From Leucoraja ocellata (lineage: Eukaryota), in NCBI GenBank assembly GCA_036785375.1, contig JAWMAR010000569.1, forward strand, positions 434,001-498,000: a stretch of 64,000 bases of DNA, given 5' to 3'. Positions within the stretch are counted from its first letter, which is position 1. The number at the start of each line of letters is the position of its first letter. The notes under the pieces were generated by a model that saw only the letters and a list, made by a program, of their open reading frames with translations, did not search any database and was not told where the DNA came from. Shown piece after piece: positions 11,333 through 23,860 of the stretch. The position numbers and the translations under genes were made by a program.

Positions 11333-12643
11333 GTAGCCCCAGGGACACCGTTGTCTCCATCACCCCCTCCGAAGTGAAGGAAGGAGACCGTGTCACGTTC
11401 AGCTGCACAAACCACTCCAACCCCCCTGTCAGAGATAGACAAAAATACTGGAGAAACTCAGTGGGTGAGGCAGCATCCATGGAGCGAAGGAAATAGGCAA
11501 CATTTTGGGTCGAGACCCTTCTTCAGACATGTGGGGGGGGGGGGGGGAAGAAAATTGAGACAGTGGGCTGAGGAAAAGGTGGAGACAGTGGGCTGAGAAA
11601 GAGCTGGAAAGGGGAGGAGAAAGCAGGGCCTTCCTAAAATTGGAGAAGTCAATGTTCAAACCACTGGGATGGGCCTCACTCTGACCATGGAGGAGGCCCA
11701 GGACAGAAAGGATGGATTTGGAATGGGAGTGCTGAGCTACCGGGAGATCAGGTTGGTTAATGCGGACCGAGCGGAGGTGTTGGGCGAAGAGATCGCCAAG
11801 CCTACGCTTGGTCTCACCGATGTAAAGCAGCTGGCATCTAGAGCAGTGGATGCAATAGATGAGGTTGGAGGAGGTGCAGGTGAACCTCTGCCGCTCCTGG
11901 AAAGGCTGCTTGGGTCCTTGAGTGGAGTCATGGGTGGAGGTAAAGCGACAAGTGTAGCATTTCCTGTGGTTGCAAGGGAAAGTGTCAGGAGAGGGGGGGT
12001 TTGGATGGGGAAGGGACGAATGGACCAGGGAGATATGGAGGGAGTGGGCTCTGCGGAAAGCAGATGGGGGAGGAGATGGGAAGATATGGGCAGCGGTGGG
12101 ATCCCGTTGGAGGTGGCGAAAATGTTGGAGGATTATTTGTTGTATGTGACGGCTGGTTGGGTGGAAGGTGAGGACAAGGTGGATGGACTCTGCCCTTGTT
12201 GCAAGTGGAGGGATGGGGAGTGAGAGCAGAGTTGCATGGTATAGAAGGGATCCTGGTGAGAGCCTCATCTATAATAGAAGAGGGGAACCCCCCTTCCCTG
12301 AAGAATGCGGACATCTCCGATGCCCTGGTGTGGAACACCTCATCCTGGGAGCAGATGTGGCGTGGACGGAGGAATTGGGAGTAGGGGATGTCGTCCTTAC
12401 AGGAAGCAGGGTGGAAGAAGTGCAGTCCTGATAGTCATGGGAGTCAGTGGGTTTATAGTGGACGTCGGTCAGTCGTCTATCACCTGCGATGGAGATAGTG
12501 AGGTCTAATAGATAGTCAGATAGACTCTGGCAATGGGACATTGACAATCCATGCTGTCCAGCCAGCTAATGCAGGGCTGTATCAATGTGAGGCCACTAAT
12601 GCTCTGGGGAGGCAGATCAACAGCAACAAACTCCAGGTTCAAG
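11333..12643 (+). pseudogene. vcam1: vcam1-like copy 1 exon 6 remnant split by a Penelope insertion
   Basis: 5' half 11333-11430 ([25 protein letters not shown]), 3' half 12521-12643 ([21 protein letters not shown]); polypyrimidine acceptor replaced by CR1 sequence. Confidence 0.8.
11431..12520 (-). mobile_element. Penelope-like retroelement fragment (RT C-terminus plus GIY-YIG endonuclease)
   Basis: [32 protein letters not shown] motif and YKPTDSH RT motif. Confidence 0.88.
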
Positions 12644-13169
12644 GTTTGTATGGAAACTTATGAGAAATGAGGAACTGAATGTGAAAGTATTTTAACTTGA
12701 ATTATTACATGTGAAGCAACGAAATCTGGTGCAGCACATTCTCACAAAGAGCAATGTGAGGAAAACCAATTAGTTGTAATGATGAAGAAAAACAAATTGT
12801 ATATGTTGATTTACAACAACAACAAGACACTAAGTTCTGGAGTAACTCAGTGTGTCAGGTAACATCCCTGGAGAACATGGATGGGTAACGTTTCAAGCTG
12901 GGATCCTTCTTCAGACTGATGTTGGTTTAGTGATAAATATTGACCAGGATGCAGGAATAAACTGGGCAGAACTCTGCCACGTTAAATTTAGAATTGTGTT
13001 GCAGAATCGTTTATGTCAACTAGAGGGGGTTTTAATTTAACAACGTATGTGAAAGTGTAACTAACTGCTGCCATCCTTTGGCACAGGAGTGGAGAGACTT
13101 TCTAGCTTTTTGTGACTAATTCCTTGAACAGAAACTTGAGCTGACAAGTCATGGTGATTATTATATATG

Positions 13170-13310
13170 GCGAGAAAAGGTCACCATTGGCTGCACCATT
13201 CATAACATCCCCTCAGCCAATTTCACCTGGAAGAAAGTAGTGAACAACAGTGAAAATGTGCTGTCCTTCAGTAACAACAGCTTTACAATCCTTGAAAAAT
13301 ACACCAGTTT
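13170..13310 (+). pseudogene. vcam1: vcam1-like copy 1 exon 7 remnant
   Basis: [40 protein letters not shown] matches copy 2 exon 7; acceptor deleted and 3' part replaced by a MITE. Confidence 0.78.
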
Positions 13311-13800
13311 CCGGTCGACAGTCGGTGACAGTGGGCTTGATGCCAATGAGCGTAGCTTGACGTCTCCTGACGTAGGTGTTGTCCAAGGTTGGCGCCAGGA
13401 TGACATGGGTTGTTGCCAGGTGACGTAGATTGTTGCCAGGTGATGTAGGTTGTCGCCGGTGCTGACTTCAGTGAATTCCATTGGCGACTACCTCCGTCAA
13501 TCTCCCTCAACCAGCGACGGGTACCGGCGACTGAATTGGCTGAAGTTGTCTTCAGTTGTTGCCGACAGGGTCATAGCTTGTCATAGCTGGTCGCGGATGG
13601 ACGTAGGTGTGGTCTTAGGTGGACATCCTAATGGGTCGCCCACTGTTGGTAGCTTGCGGTAGCTTGATGTTGAGTAGGTGCTAGGTTATTGTAGCTTGTC
13701 GTAGACATTGTTGTAGGGGGGTCCAGTTGCCGGTTTTTCGGCGACCATTATGACAGTCGCTAGCAGACGCCAAAAAAATCACCTAAGTGGGACAGGCCCT
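13311..13800. mobile_element. PIF/Harbinger-like MITE (one end preserved)
   Basis: Terminus CCTAAGTGGGACAGGCCCT followed by TAA, the TWA target typical of Harbinger. Confidence 0.65.
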
Positions 13801-14399
13801 TAATGTCAAAATAGGTAAAGAGTTATGGGAGACTCAGGGATAAATGAAGTTGTTGTTTTATTTTACATTTATACCTGTTATTTTCTGTCATTGAAGGGGT
13901 TTTTTTTGTTAACAATTACTCAGCGTAAAATATATATTTTAATTTCATCTCTGTACAAAACTTGAGTAAGGTCCGAATTTAGATTCTACAACAGATTGGT
14001 GAGGTGAGTGGATGAGAGGAACTCAATATCACATGGGAATTAATAAGCAAATTCAAGTAATCTGCGTGTGGAATTTGATACAGGCATTTTGTTCGACTTT
14101 AATTCCAGATTTGATGTTACTGTGCAGCAACAGGCATTGTGCAACCTTTCACAGTTGGAATTTACCTCCAGTTTTTATGAGGCCTATCTTTATAGGGTAC
14201 TAGCCTAAGTTGGACCCGTGTGGGGGGGTTCTGGAGTGCTAGTATGGGTGTTGTGGGCTGAAGGGACTGGTTTCCAGCGGGCTAGTAGGGGCATTGGGGG
14301 CCAAATGGATTCTTGGGGTGGCAGCTCAGTCACTAAAGCCTGATGTGCGGGCAGCTCACTCACGGCTGGTGGGCTGGCAGTTGACTCGCGGCTATTCCT

Positions 14400-14945
14400 T
14401 GAAATTCCATGCCAAGCAGGGTGCAAGGCCACCAAATTCAAGTGCAGTTTCATACCACTTCATGCAGGGTCCAAGTCCACCAAACTCATGCAGTTTAATA
14501 CCACTTCAAGCAGGGTGCAAGGCCACCAAATTCAAGTGCAGTTTCCTGCCACTTCAAGCAGGGTGCAAGGCCACCAAATTCATGTGCAATTTCGTACCAC
14601 TTCAAGCATGGTGCAGGGCCACCAAATTCAAATGTAGTTTCCGACCACTTCAAGCAGGGTGCAAGGCCACCAAATTCAAGTGCGGTTTCATGTCATTTCA
14701 AGCAGGGTGCCAAAAATTCAAGTGCAGTTTCATACCACTTCAAGCAGGGTGCAAGGCCACCAAATTCAAGCGCAGTTTCATGCCACTTCAAGCAGGGTGC
14801 AAAGCCACCAAATGCTAGTGCTGTTTCATGCAATTTCAAGCAGGGTGCAAGGCCACCAAATTCAAGTGCAGTTTCCTACCATTTCATGCAAAGCGCAAGG
14901 CCACCCAATTTAAATGCAGTTTCACACCATTTCAAGCAGGGGGAA
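14400..14945. repeat. 48-bp tandem repeat inside Helitron
   Basis: Unit CACTTCAAGCAGGGTGCAAGGCCACCAAATTCAAGTGCAGTTTCATAC, about 11 copies; further copies at 17230-17430. Confidence 0.9.
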
Positions 14946-17794
14946 ACCACCATAAAACCACCATTAAACCATACAAAACACCACATAAAAACCACACTCA
15001 CAGTTCAGTAGACACTCACAGTTCAGTTGATTCACAGCTCAGACAGTCAAGTCTTCTCCCTCCCCCATCTTGCAGAGACTGTGCCACACCCACACTTCTG
15101 GGTTTTATAATCCCTCCCCGCTCCCACCGGAAGGGGCATGGCCTTCATGTCGTGATTGACAGGAGAGAGATTCTCAAAATTTTTTAAACACTAATAAAAC
15201 TTTTATTTTTCATTGATGGGAAGAATCCTCTGCACCTGAGCAGTGGGGGACTGAGTAAGATGGCCAAAAATCACAGCCGTAAGTGTAGCATTTTATTTAA
15301 ATACAATATACAATACAAACAGGAAGTTGTCATGTTTAGACTTTTAATCATTTGCCATTTCGAACTAACCACCACCAACAACCATTTACAGTGCATTATT
15401 TTGAACCAACCACCACCAACAACCATTTGCAGTGCTTTATTTCGAACCAACCACCATTTGCAGAGCTTTCTTTCAAACCAACCACATTTTCATTTTCAAA
15501 CCACATTAAGGGCACTCAAGGTCCGTAAAACCAAACTCACAGTTTAGTGTACATGTGTTCAGTGTTATTCACAGTTCAGACTGAGAGACATGACCCTCTC
15601 GCTCCCCCATCTGCAGAGACTGACTGAGGCACTCAACACTTCCGGGTTTTATAGTCCCTCCGGAAGGGTCTTGGCCTTCAGGAGAGAGAATCTCAACATT
15701 TTTTAAACACTAATAACTCTTTTATTTTTCATCGATGGGGAAAATACTCTTGTCCTGCACAGCAGAGGGGGACTCTGAGTAAGATTGCCTGAAATCACAG
15801 TCGTAAGTGGCAGCGTTTTTCTAAAATCAATAAACAGAATAACAGGTATTGGTTAAGGTCAGACTTTTAGTAATATAGACTAGACTAAACGAGATCAGTT
15901 GGGTCCCAGTCACACGGGAGGCCTGGTCCCCCAACGTAACCCATTCCCCAATGCAATATTCCACCATTCACCTGTTCCCTCAATGCAATGGCGGGAACGT
16001 TCTGTAGCTGGGGGATGGGGACGGCTTCAGGCAGGGAGCGTCCTGCAGCCAGGGGAGGGGGCCAGCTTCAGGCGGGGCCTATTGGGGGCTGGTGGGGGGG
16101 GGGGTGTGGGGGATGGGGTGTGTGTGGGGGAGGGAGGGTGTGTGGGAGGGGGGTGTGGGGGAGAGGTGTGTGGGGGAGAGGGGATGTGGGGGAGAGGGGG
16201 TGTGGGAGAGAGGGGGTGTGGGAGAGAGGGGGGTGTGGGGGGGGGGGAGGGTGTGTGTGGGGGAGGGGGATGTGTGGGCTCAGCGGTTCCCTACCCCAGC
16301 TCCGACTGCACTCACCTGCTACAGGACCCAAATTCGGACTAACTCAGAAGCTCCGGTCCCCAGCGCCTGTCGTGTTCACAGCCCCCGCCTGCAGAACACA
16401 CAGCCCACATTCCGCTCCTGAAGGAGCCGGTGATTGACTTGGTGGGTGCCGGTAGGGGTGTTACCTTCATGGTGACTGACAACCGTGAAGACCAGTCTGC
16501 TGATCTCATGATTTTTTAAAGTTTGTAATATTCCACCGATCAGAACAAAACTTGGGAGGACAAAAATACTGGAGAAACTCAGTGGGTGAGGCAGCATCTA
16601 TGGAGCAAAGGAAATAGGTGACATTTCGTGTTGAGACCCAAGATCGCCTATTTCCTTCTCTCCATAGATGCTGCCTCACCCGCTGAGTTTCTCCAGCATT
16701 TTGTCTACCTTCGATTTTCCAGCATCTGCAGTTCTATCTTAAATGGACCAAACCTTGATGCACTTGGAGCAGGGGAGAACGGCGAGTAAGATGGCGAAAA
16801 AATCCTAGCGAACACAAACTTGTTAAAAAAAAGGCGAGGCAAACAATTGGGCTGCAGCCACCCGACAACCAATATCCATTTTGTGAACACAAACTTTTTT
16901 TAAAGGCGAAGCAAACAATTGGAATCTCGGAAATCGCAGCACAGTCGGCCAAAAGCTGTCAAGATCAGAGATTTAGTAATATAGACTAGACTAAGTGGGA
17001 CCCGTTGGGACCCATGTTCACACGGGAGGGCTGGTCCCCCGATGCAATATTCCACCTCTCCACGAATTCCAATATTGGTGGCAGTGGGGGGGGGGGGGGG
17101 GGGGGGGGGCTTTCTGGAGTGCCGGTGTGGGTTCTTGGGGTGGCAGCTCAGTCCCTCAAGCCTGATCTGCTGGCAGCTCATGCACGGCTGGTGGGCTGGC
17201 AGTTGACTCATGACTATTCCTTGAAATTCCATTTCAAGCAGGGTGCAAGGCCACCAAATTCAAATACACGTTCCTACCATTTCAAGCAGGGTGCAAGGCC
17301 ACCAAATTCGTGCAGTTTCTTATCACTATGAGCAGGGTGCAAGGCCACCGAATTCAAGTGCAGTTTCATACCACTTCAAGCAAGGTCGAAGGCCACCAAA
17401 TTCAAATGCAGCTTCATACCATTTCATGCGGGGTGAAACCACCATAAAACCACACAAAACACCAAACTCACAGTTCAGTAGACATTCAGAGTGTTCTGTT
17501 GATTCACAGTCATGAGCTCTCCCTCCCCCATCATGCAGAGACTGAGCCACACCTACACTTCCGGGTTTTATAACCCCTCCCCTCCCACCGGAAAAGGTGC
17601 GGCTTTCAGGGCGGGATTGACAGGGGAGAGATTCTCAACATTTTTTAAACAATAACACTTTTATTTTTCATTGATGGGCAGCATTATCTGCACCTGCACA
17701 GCAGAGCGGGGACTGAGTAAGATGGCCAAAAATCACAGCCATAAGTGGTAGCGTTTTATCTAAAATCAATATACAGTGCAAACAGGAAGTAAGT

Positions 17795-19540
17795 GCATTT
17801 GCAGTCGTGCCTTTTAACTTCAAGCCAAAGCACCCAAGCCACCATTTGCAGTAAGTAGTACCTTTCAACTTCATGCCACCATTTGCAGTAAGTAGTGCCT
17901 TTCAACTTCATGCCACCATTTGCAGTAAGTGGTGCCTTTCAACTTCAAGCAAAGCACCCAAGCCACCATTTGCAATTAGTGCCTTTCAACTTCAAGCCAA
18001 AGCACCCAAGCCACCATTTGCAGTAAATAGTGCATTTCAATGTCAAGCCAAAGCACCCAAGCCACCATTTGCATTAAGTAGTTCATTTCAACTGCATGCC
18101 ACCATTTGCAGTAAGTAGGGCCTATCAACTTCAAGCCAAAGCATCCAATCCACCATTTGCAGTAAGAAGTGCCTTTCAACTTCAATTCAAAGCACCCAAA
18201 CAACCATTTGCAGGCAGTGCCTTTTTACTTCAAACAAACCATATTTTCATTTTCAAACCACATTAAGGGTACACAGTCGTGTAGACATTTGTTCAGTGTT
18301 ATTCAGAGCTCATAGAGACATGACCCTTGGCTTCATCCATCTTGCAGAGACTGTGAGGCACACCACTTCCTGGTTTTATAGTCCCCCCCACCCTCCCTCC
18401 AGCAGGTGCAGCAGAGAGAATGGTGATTTTTTTAAACTTCAAGCCAAAGCTCCCAAGCCACCATTTGCAGTAAGTAGTGCCTTTCAACTTAAAGCCAAAG
18501 CACCCAAGCCACCATTTGCAGTAAGTAGTGCCTTTCAACTTCAAGCCAAAGCACCCAAGCCACCATTTGCAGTGTAGTGCCTTTCAACTTCATGCCACCA
18601 TTTGCAGTAAGTAGTGCCTTTCAACTTCAAGCCAAAGCACCCAAGCCACCATTTGCAGTAAGATGTGCCTTTCAACTTCAAGCCAAAACACCCAAGCCAT
18701 CATTTGCAGTAAGTAGTGCCTTTCACCTTCAAGCAAAAGCTCCCAAGCCACCATTTGCAGTAAGTCGTGCCTTTCAACTTTAAACCAAAGCTCCCAAGCC
18801 ACCATTTGCAGTAAATAGTGCAATTCAACTTCAAGCCAAAGCACCCAAGCCACCTTTTGCAGTAAGAAGTGCCTTTCAATTTCAAGCCAAATACCCAAGC
18901 AACCATTTGCAGGCAGTGCCTTTTTACTTCAAACAAATCATATTTTAATTTTCAAACCACATTAAGGGTACTCACAGTTGTGTAGACATTTGTTCAGTGT
19001 TATTCAGAGCTCATAGAGACGTGACCATTGGCTTCATCCATCTTGCAGAGACTGATTGAGGCACACCACTTCCTGGTTTTATAGTCCCTCTCCCTCCCTC
19101 CAGCAGGTGAAGCGGAGAGAATGGTGATGTTTTTAAATTCAAGCCAAAGCTCCCAAGCCATCATTTGCAGTAAGTAGTGCCTTTCAACTTTAAACCAATG
19201 CTCCCAAGCCACCATTTGCAGTACGTAGTGCCTTTCAACTTCAAGCCAAAGATCCCAAGCCACCATTTGCAGTAAGTAGTGCCTTTCAACTTCAAGCCAA
19301 AGCACCCAAGCCACCATTTGCAGTAAGTAGTGCCTTTCAACTTCATGCCACCATTTGCAGTAAGTAGTGCCTTTCAACTTCAAGCCAAAGCACCCAAGCC
19401 ACCACTTGCAGTAAGAAGTGCCTTTCAACTTCAAGCCAAATCACCCGCCACCATTTGCAGTAATTAGTGCCTTTCAACTTCAAGCCAAAGTACCCAAACA
19501 ACCATTTGCAGGCAGTGCCTTTTTACTTCAAACAAACCAT
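17795..19540. repeat. 51-bp tandem repeat with higher-order block structure inside Helitron
   Basis: Unit TTCAAGCCAAAGCACCCAAGCCACCATTTGCAGTAAGTAGTGCCTTTCAAC in three arrays, each followed by a shared ~200-bp spacer. Confidence 0.9.
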
Positions 19541-20189
19541 ATTTTCATTTTCAAACCACATTAAGAGTACTCACAGTTGTGTAGACATTTGTTCAGTGTT
19601 ATTCAGAGCTCAGAGAGACATGACCCTTGGCTTCAGCAATCTTGCAGAGACTGAGTGAGGCACACCACTTCCTGGTTTTAAAGTCCCTCCCCCTCCCTCC
19701 AACAGGGGCAGCAGAGAGAATGGTGATTTTTAAAAAAACATAATATCTCTCTGATTTGTCATCGATGGGAAAAATCGTCCGCACCCATCAGGCGGAGGGG
19801 GGCTCTGAGCGAGGTGGCCAAAAATTATGGCCGTAGGTGGTGGAGTTCTGTTGGAATCTTTTGAATGACGGGGGGGAGGAGGGAATGTTGGGGGGGTGAC
19901 GTCACTTGCAGCGCAAGGAAAAAGGCTTGCAGACCCATTATGACGCCATCAGCGAAAGACAGTCGTTTTTAAATTAAAAGTTTTGTCAGATTTTTGAACA
20001 TTTTCATTAATTACTCGACAAATAAAGCATGAAATTTGCAGATAAGGCGATTTTGCACTCCAGGGGAAATATGTCTACTGGATTTTTTTTGCAAAGATGT
20101 GATTACACACAAACACACACACAAATAAGACCCAAGATCAGAGTTTTATAAGTATAGAGATTATTGATGCAGGTGGGGGTGGGGAGGAG

Positions 20190-21125
20190 AGGTTGGTGCA
20201 GCAACAGCAAAATTCAGTGATGGATTCAAAGGTTGTGCCTTCTGTGGCGAAGAATTCCACAGATTGACAAAACTCTGATGAAATAGATTTCTCCTCATCT
20301 CCTTCCTAAAAGAACGTCCCTTAATTCTGAGGCTGTGACCTCTAGTCCTAGACTCTCCCACTAGTGGAAACATCCTCTCCACATCCACTCTATCCAAGCC
20401 TTTCACTATTCTGTATGTTTCAATGAGATCCTCCCCTCATCTAAATTCCAGTGAGTACAGGCCCAGTGCCGTCAAATGCTCATCATAGGTTAACCTACTC
20501 ACTACTGGGATCATTCTTGTGAACCTCCTCTGGTCCTACTCTAGAGCCAGCACATCCTTCCTCACATATGGTGCCCAAAATTGCTCACAATATTCCAAAT
20601 GCGACCTTACCAGCGCCTTATAGAGCCTCAGCATTACGTCCCTGTTTGTGTATACAAGCCCTCTTATAATAAATGCTAGCTTTCTTTACTACTGATTCGA
20701 CTTGCAGATTAACTTTTTGGGAATCCTGCTCCATCCCTTTGCACCTTCAATTTCTGGATTCTCTCCCCATTTAGAAAATAGTCTATGCCTTCCTCAGGTT
20801 TATCCCAACTTCTGTACTCAATACCGTGACTGATGAAGGCCATTGTACTTAAAGCCTTCTTGACCACCCGATCTACCTGTGACGACACTTGCAGGGAACT
20901 ATATCCCAGCACTCATAGATTCCTTTGCTCTACAATACTTTCCAGGGACCACCATTCACAGTGAAGGTCCTGCCCTGGTTTGACTTCCCCTAATGAAACA
21001 CTTACCTGCACTACATTTAATTAACCATTCCTTAGCCCACTTGCCTCACTAATAAAAATCCTGCTGTCACTTGTGATAACCAAATTCGGTATCTATGATA
21101 CCAGCCAGTTTAGTATCATCTGTAA
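20190..21125 (-). mobile_element. CR1 LINE 3' fragments
   Basis: KGLDRVDVERMFPLVGESRTRGHSL motif; paralogous to 56400-58735. Confidence 0.75.
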
Positions 21126-21130
21126 AGCCT

Positions 21131-22850
21131 GAATAGAATAGAATAGAATAGAATAGAATAGTTTCTTTATTGTCATTGTAACATGAACCATGTACAACGA
21201 AATTTAAAATGTCAGCCAGTCAGTGCAGCATTCAAACATTTCTAAAAGCTAACGATACATACAAGGTAAAATATTAAAGATAAACAACTAAATAAATATC
21301 ACGGACAAAGCACGCATACACACCCAACCCTCCATCCTTCTGTCGATTCCACAGTTACCACAGTCCCTTAGTCTGTATCGCCCCTGCGTTCCTTGGCGGC
21401 TACATTTAGTGCTTTTATAGCAGTGGGGTATTTGTCCTTGTCCTTGTAGATCTGTACCGTCTGCCTGACGGCAACAGTTCAAACAGGGAGTGTCCCGGGT
21501 GGGAAATGTCCTTTATGATATTCTGGGATTTTTTGGTGCAGCGGGAACTGTGTAAGTCCTCCAAGGTAAGGAGAGGGCAGCCGACAATCCTCTGGGCGTT
21601 GTCAATGGCCCTCTGGAGCGCTTTCCTCTGAGCCGCTGTGCAGCTGGTGTACCACACGCATACACAGTATGTTAGTATGCTCTCAATGGAGCACCGATAA
21701 AAGGACAGCAGCAGTCTCTGAGTGATGTTATTCTTCCTGAGCACCCTCAGGAAGTGCAGTCTCTGCTGGACCTTTTTCAGCAGCGCAGTGGTGTTCACGC
21801 TCCACGTCAGGTCCTCCTCAATATGGATTCCCAGGAAGCGGAAATCCGCCACCCTCTCTACACAGTCCCCTCTGATAGTCAATGGTACCATGTCCGTTTT
21901 GTTCTTCCTGAAGTCTATTATTACTTCCTTTGTCTTTAAGGTGTTGAGGAGCAGGTTATTTTCTTCACACCACACTGTCAGCTGCTCCACCTCATCCCGG
22001 TAGGCGTACTCGTCCCCCCCGGAGATGAGTCCCACCACCGTAGTGTCATCCGCAAATTTGACAATGGTGTTGCTGTGGTGGGCGGGGGTGCAGTCATGTG
22101 TGTAGATGGTGTAGAGCAGGGGGCTCAGTACGCAGCCCTGTGGAGAGCCGGTACTGAGGCTGAGGGCCGTGGATGTATGATGGCCCACTCTGACTCTCTG
22201 GCTGCGACCCGACAGGAAGCTATTTATCCACGTACAGGTGGAGTGTGGAAGTCCCAAGTCCCCCAGTTTGTCCACCAGTTTGTGGGGAAGGATGGTATTA
22301 AAAGCAGAGCTGTAGTCCACAAAGAGCATCCGCACGTAGCTCCCCCGCTGCTCCAGGTGAGACAGTGCAGCATGGAGAGCTGTGGCTACAGCGTCCTCTG
22401 TAGATCTATTTGCTCTGTATGCAAACTGGTGGGGGTCAAAGCTTCGGGGCAGGAGTGATGTGATATGACCCCGGACCAGTTTTTCAAAACACTTCATCAC
22501 CACTGGTGTGAGTGCGACTGGCCGGTAGTCGTTGAGGCTGGAGATGTTGGTTTTTTTGGGCAAGGGGACTATGGTGGAGGACTTCAGACAGGGTGGAACA
22601 GTGGACTGGGCCAGATACTGGTTAAAAATCCTTGTAAAGACTCCAGCCAGCTGGTCTGCGCAGTCCTTCAACACGCGTCCAGAGACGCCGTCAGGACCAG
22701 TAGCCTTCCTTGGATTTATGGCCCGCAGAGTGTGCCTCACCTCATGCTCCTCTATCTTGAGGGTTAGGCTGCTGCGGACCATGTGCTGTGATGTGGCTGT
22801 CTCGGGTGGCTCCACTTCAAAGCGAGCAAAGAAGTGGTTCAGCTCCTCTG
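21131..22850 (-). mobile_element. Rex1/Babar-type non-LTR retrotransposon, 5'-truncated
   Basis: 466-aa RT ORF 21415-22815 nearly identical to the 8738-10190 copy; (ATAGA)n tail; absent from the paralog near 59105. Confidence 0.92.
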
Positions 22851-23860
22851 AATGGCTGCTACCTGCCCCATTCCAATTCTGGCTTTTCCATCAGCTGTTG
22901 CTGATTTGTTGAGTATTTCCTCATTTTCTGCTTTATTTCAGATTTGCAGCATCTGCAATATATTAGTCCATTTGGCGCACCGAGTCCACACCAGCAATCA
23001 ATCATCCATTCAAACTAGTTCATTTTTCCTACTTTCCCAGCCACTCCCTACACATTGGGAACAATTTTACAGAGGCCAAATAACCTGCAAACGTCTGGGA
23101 TTTGTGAGGAAACTGGAGCACCAGGAGGAAACCTAAACAGTCACAGAGAGACAATACAAACAGCGCACAGACAAACACCACACAGCAGTGCTGAACTACT
23201 GTCTACCTCATTGGTGACCCTCAGACTATCCACCCTCGGACTATCCTTAATTGGACATTGCTGGCTTTACCTTGCACTAAACGTTATTCCCTTATCATGT
23301 ATCTATACACTGTAAATGGCTCGATTATTATCATGTATTGTCTTTCTGCTGACTGGTTAAGCCCCTGTCTCACGGTGCGAGTCCACCCAAGAGTGATCCC
23401 GAGTGAAAGTAAAAATCAAACTCGTGGTTTTCTATGAGATTCCAAGTTTATGTTCACAAGTTTAAATGAGTTCCCACGTGTATGTCTAAGTTTGCTGTTT
23501 ACTTCTCATTTCTGCGATGTACCAAGTTCCTCTCCAGAGTTACTCTTGAGCCAACAACAACTACCGACGTGTGGAAAAATCATCACATGGTAAAAATGGT
23601 GCCTTGCAGTTTTTTTTCACTATAAAAAGCCTCCCATGTTTAAATTTCTTAGGGTTATGGAATTAAGGGATATGGGGAGAAAGCAGAAACTGGGTACTGA
23701 TTTTGGATGATCAGCCATGATCATATTGAATGGCAATGCTAGCTTGAAGGGCCGAATGTGATTACTTCCATTATGTAGAGAGTCTCAGAATGTTAATAGA
23801 GAAGCTTTTCACTGTACCTCAGCACAGGTGACAATAAACAAAACTAAGCAGACAGCACCC

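Larger units (their letters stand above)
14200..20160 (-). mobile_element. Three head-to-tail non-autonomous Helitrons (14200-15879, 15880-16985, 16986-20160)
   Basis: On the minus strand each unit starts TC and ends CTAG after a degenerate GGGACCC/GGGTCCC hairpin; internal junctions CTAG|TCTATATT; outer flanks A|...|T. Confidence 0.75.

Noticed and set aside
13801-13928. Possible donor (ATAG|GTAAAG) and short terminal exon GVFFVNNYSA* for copy 1
   Set aside because: No homology to copy 2 and only weak splice signals; it cannot be supported without transcripts
17795-19540. CRISPR-like regular repeats
   Set aside because: Eukaryotic context, contiguous units without unique spacers, and no cas genes
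14294-19660. Repetitive Cys/Lys-rich ORFs (QAGCKATKFKCSF, KGTTYCKWWLG)
   Set aside because: They arise from 48- and 51-bp tandem repeats inside Helitrons, are open on both strands and are frequently broken
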